DNA from: Archangiaceae bacterium
Lineage (GTDB): Bacteria > Myxococcota > Myxococcia > Myxococcales > Myxococcaceae
Reading direction: 5' to 3'
DNA length: 11,124 nt
Assembly: GCA_043750125.1 (NCBI GenBank)
Contig: JAYVCD010000328.1
Location: forward strand, 1-11,124
The notes under the pieces were generated by a model, which saw only the letters and a program-made list of their open reading frames with translations, was not told the DNA's origin and did no database searches. The translations under genes were made by a program, and so were the position numbers. Position 1 is the stretch's first letter. Each line of letters opens with the position of its first letter. Shown here in pieces: positions 1-6,888 of the stretch.

Positions 1-832
1 TCGCGTTGGGCTCAGGCGCCTTGCGCGGGAGCGCGGCGATGAACTCGTTCACATCGGGGTCGTAGGTGAGGATGATCGCCGTCGGCGTCGCGGTGTTCAT
101 CTCTCCGCCCGAATACGCCTCGCCTCCCCACAACAGCACTTGCCCGCTCTGCAGCGCGGTGGCGGTGTGAAACGCCTTCAACAGCTTCACGTTGCCCGAG
201 GAGACCGACATTTCGCGCGCGCCCTCGAACGCATTGGTCGCCGGGTTGAAGAGCTCGGTTTCCGAAAGGGCCAGGCGTGCCTGCCCCCCCTGGGCGTAAT
301 TGAAACCACCGGCGATGAAGACCTTCCCGTTCTTGAGCAGGGTGGCCGTATGCGCCGCGCGCGGCATCCTCATTCGCACGCACTCTTTGGGGGTGGCGGC
401 CAACGACGGCGGAGTGAAGGCATTGACCTTGCGCAGAAAGACGCTGATCGCCACGGGATCATTTTGGGCGGGGTCGATCGAGTAGACCACTTCGAACGGA
501 GTCGACTTCCCCACCGAGAGGAGCTTGCCGCTGACGGCTGGATCCGCGTCGAAGCCGCGCACTTCAATCACCCGGTTCTTCCCTGCAGGAATCATCGGGA
601 TCTTCAACGTCCGCTCGGTGCCGGTTGCGGGCCCCACCGATTCGAGCCGATCGACGAGGCCGTCACCCGTGACACGCACCCGCAAGAACTTCACCCCCGC
701 GAAGGGGTCGACCGTCGGGTCACAGACTGCGGTGACGATCTTCACGTCGAACCTGCTCTCTTTGGGGCCGCAGCCCGGCAGCACGAGCCACGCGAAGAGC
801 AGCGCAACGCGCGTGGGGTTTGCGCCGATCAC
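1..832 (-). CDS. Kelch-repeat (beta-propeller) lipoprotein, 3'-truncated by the window edge
   Basis: Translated manually; not in the ORF track because the stop lies outside the window. The GTG at 832-830 overlaps the upstream TGA (GTGA) and the frame is open to position 2. The N-terminus MIGANPTRVALLFAWLVLPGC has a hydrophobic stretch and a lipobox-like LPGC. A beta-rich ~120 aa region follows, then Kelch-type repeats MRMPRAAHTATLLKNGKVFIAGG...ETELFNPATNAF and KAFHTATALQSGQVLLWGG...ILTYDP. Confidence 0.88.
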   Translation of the reverse strand, partial: MIGANPTRVALLFAWLVLPGCGPKESRFDVKIVTAVCDPTVDPFAGVKFLRVRVTGDGLVDRLESVGPATGTERTLKIPMIPAGKNRVIEVRGFDADPAVSGKLLSVGKSTPFEVVYSIDPAQNDPVAISVFLRKVNAFTPPSLAATPKECVRMRMPRAAHTATLLKNGKVFIAGGFNYAQGGQARLALSETELFNPATNAFEGAREMSVSSGNVKLLKAFHTATALQSGQVLLWGGEAYSGGEMNTATPTAIILTYDPDVNEFIAALPRKAPEPNA

Positions 833-2280
833 CACGTCGCGGTAACCGAGCCCGTCACCGGCCTGCCGGCTTCCTTCACTCCCAAATAGGCGCCCACTCC
901 ACCGCCCGCAGCTATCGCAACGCCCGCCACGATCCACACCCAGACGGGAACACCCGACTTGACGACCGGCCCCGGAGCAGGCTCATCGGGCTTCTGCTCG
1001 TCCTCGACCAGGGTGCTCTTGTTCTCGAGGGCGCGAACGTCGGGCCTGGGAGTCAACGCCGCCTTCTCGGGCTCGCGCGTCTTGATCACCCTGCGTTCGG
1101 GGGTGACGACTGCTACGTCGCCCACGTTGCCGGACCCGCCTCGATTGTTCGAAGCCTTCACGGTGCCCTTGGTGATCAGCGCGATCGGCATGCTGGACGA
1201 CGAGAATGCGCCCAGCTTTTCCTGCACCGCATCGGCGAGCTTGAAGGCTTCGACGTTCGCGGTCAGCACGTCGGAATCGAAGCTGATCGCAGGAAGCACA
1301 GCAAGGCTCTGCTTCTTGACTGAGTAGAGCGCGGTGCCGGCGGTCAGCTGCTGGTCTCCGGTGCGGTAGACGAGGCCGACGACGGCGTAGTCTGCTCCGG
1401 TGGCCTTGGCGTACGCGCCGATTCGAACTGCGGTGCCCTCGTCGAGCAAGGGGCCGACGCGGGGGTCGGCGGGGCCTCCGGTCGCGCTCGGGACGGCGGC
1501 GATCTTCTCGTCCTTGCCGCCGAAAATCGCCTTCACTTTCGCAACTCCGCTCTTCACCTCGACGGTGCGGCCAAAGCGTTCGCCGCGTGAGCCTTCGACC
1601 TTCACGTAGTGCAACCCGAGCGCGAGGTTGTCTTCCTGCACCGGCACCATTCCCAGATCGCGTCCATCGACGAACGCAGTGGCTCCGGCCGGACCTTCGA
1701 CCCAGACCGAGGCTTTGGGCTGCTTGCTGACCTTCTTCTTCGCCTTCTCGAACTCGCGGCCGAAGATCGGAGGGTAGCCACTGGGCAGCTGATAGTTGGG
1801 GTCGAGCCGCGCGAGATTGAACAATGCCGCGGTGGCTTCTTTCTCGTCACCGACCCGGAAAGCGGCGGCCCCAAGCAGGATGTGCGCCTCCAGCACCGCG
1901 GGCATGTCGGCCGTTCCAGGATCTGCGAGGGACAGATCGATGCCCTTTTTCATTGCGGCAACCGCTTCCTCGAATTTCAGATCGGAAAGGGCCTTCTTCC
2001 CCACGTCGAGTGCGGTTTGCGCCTCAACCGAAGCCCCGGTCTTCTTCGCCCCGGAACCGGGCGGGGGCTTGTCCGCCAAAGGCGGCTTGATCGCAGGCGC
2101 GGCGACCACGTCGATCACGTTGTCGCGCGTCTTCAGCTCTTCATTGAGCAGCCGCGTGAACTTGTTCGCCGCAGTTTCGGAGGCACCTTCGCCTAAGGAA
2201 AACGGAACGATCACCACCTTCGCCCGGTCGGATCCGAAGGCCAGAGAAGAGACGACGAGAATGATCAGGGACAAACGCAT
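829..2280 (-). CDS. Secreted TPR + PEGA domain protein with C-terminal hydrophobic segment
   Basis: 483 aa. Signal peptide MRLSLIILVVSSLAFG. TPR-like helices at ~aa 85-185 (AHILLGAAAFRVGDEKEATAALFNLARLDPNY). PEGA-like motif at ~aa 189-253 (SVWVEGPAGATAFVDGRDLGMVPV...LALGLHYVKVE). A Pro/charged linker leads to hydrophobic VPVWVWIVAGVAIAAGGGVGAYLGV and a terminal Trp. Confidence 0.85.
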   Translation of the reverse strand: MRLSLIILVVSSLAFGSDRAKVVIVPFSLGEGASETAANKFTRLLNEELKTRDNVIDVVAAPAIKPPLADKPPPGSGAKKTGASVEAQTALDVGKKALSDLKFEEAVAAMKKGIDLSLADPGTADMPAVLEAHILLGAAAFRVGDEKEATAALFNLARLDPNYQLPSGYPPIFGREFEKAKKKVSKQPKASVWVEGPAGATAFVDGRDLGMVPVQEDNLALGLHYVKVEGSRGERFGRTVEVKSGVAKVKAIFGGKDEKIAAVPSATGGPADPRVGPLLDEGTAVRIGAYAKATGADYAVVGLVYRTGDQQLTAGTALYSVKKQSLAVLPAISFDSDVLTANVEAFKLADAVQEKLGAFSSSSMPIALITKGTVKASNNRGGSGNVGDVAVVTPERRVIKTREPEKAALTPRPDVRALENKSTLVEDEQKPDEPAPGPVVKSGVPVWVWIVAGVAIAAGGGVGAYLGVKEAGRPVTGSVTATW

Positions 2281-2339
2281 GTTTACTTTTCGCTCTTCGT
2301 GAGGTTTCGACTGATAAAACCGCTATTTAGGCCCGCAGC

Positions 2340-2369
2340 ACAGTAGCGATCAGCCTACCCAAAGGTCAA
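2340..2369 (-). promoter_or_regulatory. Putative sigma70-type promoter for the PEGA-Kelch operon
   Basis: Minus strand reads TTGACC (2369-2364), 18 nt, TACTGT (2345-2340), within the relatively AT-rich 99-bp divergent intergenic region 2281-2379, about 60 nt upstream of the ATG at 2280. Confidence 0.5.
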
Positions 2370-2379
2370 TTTTCCACCC

Positions 2380-3921
2380 ATGCGTCTCTCTCTGGCTACC
2401 CGCATCTTCCTCGGCTACGCCGTGGTGCTGGTCACGTTCGGAGCGGTGTCGCTGTTTTCGGTCACCGAAATGCACCGCAACCAGGTGGAGTTCCGGCTCG
2501 TTTCAGAGGGCTATCTTCACCTGACTCAGGACGCGGCGGCGATCGAGACTTTTCACAAGAACCGCGAGCGGGACACCACCCGGCTGCGGGACGAGCGCAA
2601 TGTCGAGACCCGTCGGGCGCTGATCCGCCTGACCCGGTTGTACTTCCCCGGGTTGATGGCCGAGAAGATCAAGGCGGGACAGAAGACGGCGAAGGCGGTG
2701 ATGGAATTTGCCCCCGACACCGAAAAGGACTTCGTCGCCGAGGTCGCGCGCAAGTTCGACGAGCTGTCGCAGCGCTATGCCGAGTACGAGCAGCTGTCTG
2801 AATCGGCGTTCACGCTGCTCGAGCAGAACAGCCCTGACTGGGTCGCCGCCGAGGGCCGGCTCGACCGGCTTCAGGCCCTGGAAAATTCGATTGGGGTGAA
2901 CCTGCGGCTGCTGCACGGCTCGCTCGAGACGCGGATCAGCGAACGGGTCGCGCGGGCCCAGGAACGCGAGCGGGTCACTGGAGCTGCGATCATCGTCCTG
3001 CCCGTGCTGGCGATCGCGGTGGGGTTGATTGCGACTGCGCTTTCGGCGCGATCGCTGCGCCCGGTGCGAACGTTGATCGAAGGGGCCTCGCGCATCGGTC
3101 GGGGGGACTACTCGACCCAGATCGGGCTGAAGGGGGACGACGAGATTTCGCTGCTCGCCCAGGAGTTCGACGCGATGGCGCGGTCGCTACAGGAACGTGA
3201 AGCGCTGCTGAAGCAAAAGCAGGCCGAGCTGCTGCTGGCCGAACGGCTGGCGGCCGTGGGTCGGGTGGCGGCGCAGATCGCGCACGAGGTGCGCAACCCG
3301 CTGTCGTCCATCGGGCTGAACGTCGAGCTGCTCGAAGAGCAGATTCAAAACGCGAAGTTTACCACCCCGGAAGAAGGCCACGAAGCGATTGGGCTGTTGA
3401 AGGCGATTTCCCACGAGGTCGATCGACTGACCGAAGTCACCGAAGAGCATCTGCGGCTGGCGCGGCTGCCGTCCCCTTCCCTTCAGCCCGAAGACGTTCA
3501 CGCGCTGCTCGACCGGGTGTTGGCGTTCTCGGGCGAAGAGCTGTCCCGGGCGAAGATCGAAGTGAAGCGAGAGCCTGCGACTCAGCAGTTGTCGGCGCTG
3601 GCCGACGAAGGGCAGCTGCGCCAGGTGGTGCTCAACCTGATTCGCAACGCCCGTGAAGCGATGCGCGACGGAGGCACGCTCACCCTGAAGACCCGGCTGG
3701 TGAACGGGAGCGTCGAAATCGCAGTCGGGGACACCGGGCCCGGAATCGACAGCGAAACCCGGGCGAAAGTCTTTGACCCCTTTTTCTCGACCAAGCAAAG
3801 CGGTACGGGGTTGGGGTTGTCGCTCTCGAAACAAATCGTCCAGGCACACAACGGATCGCTCGAAGTGAATTCCGAGCCCGGCCATGGCGCCACCTTCATC
3901 ATCAGGCTTCCCCGCGCATGA
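2380..3921 (+). CDS. Membrane sensor histidine kinase (TM - helical periplasmic sensor - TM - HAMP - HisKA - HATPase_c), NtrB/PilS-like
   Basis: 513 aa. Two hydrophobic segments (~aa 8-28, ~201-222). HAMP (LRPVRTLIEGASRIGRGDYS...DDEISLLAQEFDAMARSL). H-box AHEVRNPL (His302), N-box QVVLNLIRNAREAM, G1 DTGPGI, F-box FDPFFSTK, G2 GTGLGL. Confidence 0.96.
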   Translation: MRLSLATRIFLGYAVVLVTFGAVSLFSVTEMHRNQVEFRLVSEGYLHLTQDAAAIETFHKNRERDTTRLRDERNVETRRALIRLTRLYFPGLMAEKIKAGQKTAKAVMEFAPDTEKDFVAEVARKFDELSQRYAEYEQLSESAFTLLEQNSPDWVAAEGRLDRLQALENSIGVNLRLLHGSLETRISERVARAQERERVTGAAIIVLPVLAIAVGLIATALSARSLRPVRTLIEGASRIGRGDYSTQIGLKGDDEISLLAQEFDAMARSLQEREALLKQKQAELLLAERLAAVGRVAAQIAHEVRNPLSSIGLNVELLEEQIQNAKFTTPEEGHEAIGLLKAISHEVDRLTEVTEEHLRLARLPSPSLQPEDVHALLDRVLAFSGEELSRAKIEVKREPATQQLSALADEGQLRQVVLNLIRNAREAMRDGGTLTLKTRLVNGSVEIAVGDTGPGIDSETRAKVFDPFFSTKQSGTGLGLSLSKQIVQAHNGSLEVNSEPGHGATFIIRLPRA

Positions 3922-5195
3922 GCTTCCGCTACTTCAAAGATCTGCTTCCCAATGGCTTGCGTCTGGTCACCGTCGAGACCCCTCACCTCCACTCGGCGAT
4001 GGTGTCCGTCTACGTGAGGGTGGGCTCGCGCCACGAGAGCCCGGCGAACAACGGCGTCAGTCATGCGCTCGAGCACCTGTTTTTCCGGGGAAGCGCGCGG
4101 TACCCCGACACGGTGGCGATGAACGCGCGGGTCGAAGCGGTGGGAGGAAACCTCAACGGCATCACCTCGCGCGATCTCTCGTACTACTTCACGCCTTCCC
4201 ACCCCGACGGAGTGGGCGTCGCGCTCGATGTGCTGGGAGATCTGCTCACCCGCCCGATGCTCAGCCGGCTGGAGCTCGAGAAGGAAATCATTCTCGAAGA
4301 GATGCTCGACGAGGTGGACGAGCACGGGCGCGACGTGGACGTGGAGAACCTCTCGAAGCTACAGCGGTTCGGAGATCACCCGCTGGGCCTGAAGATCGCG
4401 GGCACGCTGAAATCGGTTCGAGCGCTGAAGCTGTCGCAAGTGAAGGAGCATTTCCGCAAGCACTACGTCGCGGAAAACATGGTGGTCGCCGTCGCCGGGA
4501 AGGTGAACCGGGCGGCGCTGATCAAGCAGGCCACGAAGGCCTTTGCTCATGTGAAGAGCGGCTCGCCGGTGACCGAGGATGCTCCGCCCCCGCCCCCGAA
4601 GGGGCCGAGGCTGGACTTCGTGCGCGACGAGCAATCGCAGACTTCCTTCCGGCTGAGCTTTCCCACCGTGCCTGAGGTTCATCGCGACTTTCATGCGCTC
4701 TCGGCGCTGCGCCGCGTGCTCGACGATGGCTTGTCGTCCAGGCTGCCCTTCAACGTGGTCGAGAAACGGGGCCTGGCCTATTCGGTGGGCGCGACGATCG
4801 AAGCCTTTCACGACGCGGGCTCATTCGAAATCGACGGGGCCGCGGCGCCGCTGAAGGTCGCCGACACGGTGCGCGAGATCTTGAAGACGGTCGATACCCT
4901 TCGGGCGGGGAAGATCACCGCCGAAGAGATGAAGCGCGTTCGGGTTCGCTACCGGATGGCGGTGGAATCTCAGCAGGACGCTCCGGGCGACTTGCTGGGG
5001 TGGTTCGCCGGCGAAGAGCTGTTCCGCCCGCCGAAGTCGTTTGCGGTGCGGTGCCGCGAGGTCGAAGGGTTGAAGATCGCGGACCTGGTCCGGGTGGCGA
5101 AGCTCTATTTTCGCCCCGAGCGTTTGCTCGCCGTCGGGGTGGGGCCGAAGGAATGCGAGCGCGCGCTGCGCCGGGCCGTCACGTCCTGGCGCTGA
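3918..5195 (+). CDS. M16 family (insulinase/pitrilysin-like, M16B-type) zinc peptidase
   Basis: 425 aa. Typical N-terminus LPNGLRLV...VRVGSRHE...GVSHALEHLFFRGS with the inverted zinc motif HxxEH (HALEH, aa 49-53). Downstream LELEKEIILEE; C-domain SSRL...EKRGLAYSV. No signal peptide. ATGA overlap with the kinase stop. Confidence 0.95.
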   Translation: MSFRYFKDLLPNGLRLVTVETPHLHSAMVSVYVRVGSRHESPANNGVSHALEHLFFRGSARYPDTVAMNARVEAVGGNLNGITSRDLSYYFTPSHPDGVGVALDVLGDLLTRPMLSRLELEKEIILEEMLDEVDEHGRDVDVENLSKLQRFGDHPLGLKIAGTLKSVRALKLSQVKEHFRKHYVAENMVVAVAGKVNRAALIKQATKAFAHVKSGSPVTEDAPPPPPKGPRLDFVRDEQSQTSFRLSFPTVPEVHRDFHALSALRRVLDDGLSSRLPFNVVEKRGLAYSVGATIEAFHDAGSFEIDGAAAPLKVADTVREILKTVDTLRAGKITAEEMKRVRVRYRMAVESQQDAPGDLLGWFAGEELFRPPKSFAVRCREVEGLKIADLVRVAKLYFRPERLLAVGVGPKECERALRRAVTSWR

Positions 5196-5199
5196 ACGC

Positions 5200-6516
5200 C
5201 TACCTTCCGCCCTTGTTGCGCATGATGGTGACGCCGCCCTTCTTCTTCGCGCTGGGAGCCTTGCCGAGGCGGCCTTTGAGGATTTTGGCTCGAGCGTTGT
5301 GGGGCTGCACCCGAAGGGCCTCGGCCACGAGCTTCCGCGCCCGCTCGAGGTGGCTGCCCGTGTCGGCGCAGAGGGTGGCGAGCGCGATCTTCTCTTCGAG
5401 GCTCGCCTCGTTCATGAAGAACAGGCGCTCGAGCGCGCTCATCGCCTCGGCCTTTTCTCCCCGCTTGACGAGAATCGGCCAGACCCGCGAGAGCGCCGGA
5501 GCGAACGATGGGTCCGACTTCAGTGCGTCCTCATACTGCTCGGCCGCGGCCTGCTGTTCGCCCTGCAGCTCGAGCGTGCGTCCGCGGACATACAGGGCGC
5601 GCGCGAACCCGGGGCGAAGCGCGAGCGCTCTTTCGGTCATCTCTTCGGCGAGCTCGACTTTGCCCAGGTAGAGCAGCGTTTCTGCCAGCTGCGCGGCGAG
5701 GTCTGCCTCTCGAGGATTGGCCGCCACCATCGGGGTGAGGAGCTCGGCGGCTTCGGCATATCGCTTGAGGTGGTTGAGCACGCGGCCTTTGAGCTCGACG
5801 ATCTCGGCCTTCTTCGACGCCGCTTCCGGCACCCGTTCCAGGTCCTTGAGCGCTGCTTCGGCAGAGCCGTTCTGGAGGAAGTACCGAGCCCTCAACACCC
5901 GGGCCGGGACCAGAGACGGGTTCTCGGCCAACAGGCGATCCATCAGCTTCGCCGCGAGCATTTCGTCTCCGGAAATGAGCAGAATTTCCGCTTCGACCAC
6001 CTTGGCCTCGACGTTGTCGGCGTCCAGCGCCTGGAGCAGCTCGAGGGTCTTGTACCCGGCCTCGGTCTCGCCGTCGTGGGCTTGCAGCCGCGCCAGAACG
6101 AGCAATTCCACGTCGGTCAGCTGCCCGGCATCTCGCAGCTCGACCAGCGTCGCGATCGCCGCCTTGTTGTTCCCCATGTGGCGGTACAGCTCGACGCGCT
6201 CGCGCCGGACCCCGGGGTCATTGCGCGCGCCCAGGTCTTCGGCCTGCTTGATCGCCAGCACAGCGGCTACGTCGTTTCCGGCCAGGGTTTGTGCGCGGGC
6301 CAGCAGCAGGAAATTATTCGGATCCAAGGGGGCGCTGTCCGAGGCCTTTTCGAAAAGCGCGATCGCCCGTTCGGCGTCACCATCGGCCAGAGCGTCCTTC
6401 CCTTCGGCTGCAAAATCCGAAGAGGTTTGGGCCTTCGTTTCAGCAGCGGCGATTTCGGGATCCTTGCAACCGACGATCACCGACCCGAGGAGAACGAGCG
6501 ATGAAAGCAAGCGCAT
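5200..6516 (-). CDS. Tetratricopeptide-repeat lipoprotein
   Basis: ATG at 6516 preferred over TTG at 6522, giving 438 aa. MRLLSSLVLLGSVIVGC is a lipoprotein signal with lipobox IVGC. The body is many TPR-like repeats (e.g. AIALFEKASDSAPLDPNNFLLLARAQ, ERALALRPGFARALYVRGRTLELQG, YEDALKSDPSFAPAL), ending in a basic tail. Confidence 0.9.
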   Translation of the reverse strand: MRLLSSLVLLGSVIVGCKDPEIAAAETKAQTSSDFAAEGKDALADGDAERAIALFEKASDSAPLDPNNFLLLARAQTLAGNDVAAVLAIKQAEDLGARNDPGVRRERVELYRHMGNNKAAIATLVELRDAGQLTDVELLVLARLQAHDGETEAGYKTLELLQALDADNVEAKVVEAEILLISGDEMLAAKLMDRLLAENPSLVPARVLRARYFLQNGSAEAALKDLERVPEAASKKAEIVELKGRVLNHLKRYAEAAELLTPMVAANPREADLAAQLAETLLYLGKVELAEEMTERALALRPGFARALYVRGRTLELQGEQQAAAEQYEDALKSDPSFAPALSRVWPILVKRGEKAEAMSALERLFFMNEASLEEKIALATLCADTGSHLERARKLVAEALRVQPHNARAKILKGRLGKAPSAKKKGGVTIMRNKGGR

Positions 6517-6524
6517 CTGCAATC

Positions 6525-6543
6525 AAGGTACAGGTGTTACCCT
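6525..6543. promoter_or_regulatory. Imperfect inverted repeat, possibly back-to-back -10 elements in the divergent spacer
   Basis: AAGGTA-caggtgt-TACCCT (GGTA-N7-TACC). The plus strand reads TG-T-TACCCT (extended -10 pattern TGnTAnnnT), 9 nt before ATG 6553. The minus strand reads TACCTT, 8 nt before ATG 6516. Confidence 0.35.
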
Positions 6544-6888
6544 ATGAAGTCGATGGACCCATTTGTTCGCCGCCTGGTCGAGCGGCTCCACGATCCTCGA
6601 TCGCAGCTCTCTCGGAATCGGCACTTTCACGCGTTCGAAAACCCGCAAGGACGCGCGGCGCTGAAGATCTCAAAACGGCTCAAGGCCCTTCAGGCGGACA
6701 TCGCGCGGTGCAGCGCCGAAGGCAGCCAACCGGTCGCCCGAACCCGACGAGACAAAGAAGGCACGGTGCGAATGGAAATCGAGCTCAAGCGCCTGCACGC
6801 ACGCCGGGTGACCCAGCTCGATCAGGCGGAATTCGAGTTGCTCTGCGCGCTGCCAGGCGTGAACGAGGCGGTCGTTCGCGAGGACTAA
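6544..6888 (+). CDS. Small basic hypothetical protein (111-114 aa)
   Basis: Exactly fills the gap between two minus-strand genes, with GC-rich third codon positions and natural-looking composition (MDPFVRRLVERLHDP...LSRNRHFHAFENPQGRAALKISKRLKAL). The start may be ATG 6553 rather than 6544. Its stop overlaps the convergent gene's stop (CTAA, 6885-6888). Confidence 0.8.
   Translation: MKSMDPFVRRLVERLHDPRSQLSRNRHFHAFENPQGRAALKISKRLKALQADIARCSAEGSQPVARTRRDKEGTVRMEIELKRLHARRVTQLDQAEFELLCALPGVNEAVVRED

Noticed and set aside
284-290. C7 (G7 on the coding strand) homopolymer as a phase-variation tract
   Set aside because: Short, in frame (Gln-Gly-Gly) and unremarkable at this GC content; no frameshift is seen.
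12-889. ORF-track entries 12..383, 140..889, 300..485, 370..567 and 525..845
   Set aside because: All overlap the Kelch lipoprotein frame (832 to the edge), which has clear motifs; these have none.
5190-5205. Intrinsic terminator at the convergent junction (also checked 6880-6895)
   Set aside because: The genes abut or overlap, and I found no hairpin followed by a U-tract.
5200-6516. Assigning the TPR lipoprotein as tgl or bamD
   Set aside because: It is considerably longer than those proteins and lacks supporting pil/bam gene context; TPR similarity alone is not diagnostic.
5299-6547. 401-aa and 276-aa plus-strand ORFs opposite the TPR lipoprotein
   Set aside because: Antisense shadows with no domain motifs; the minus-strand frame has a lipobox and TPR repeats.
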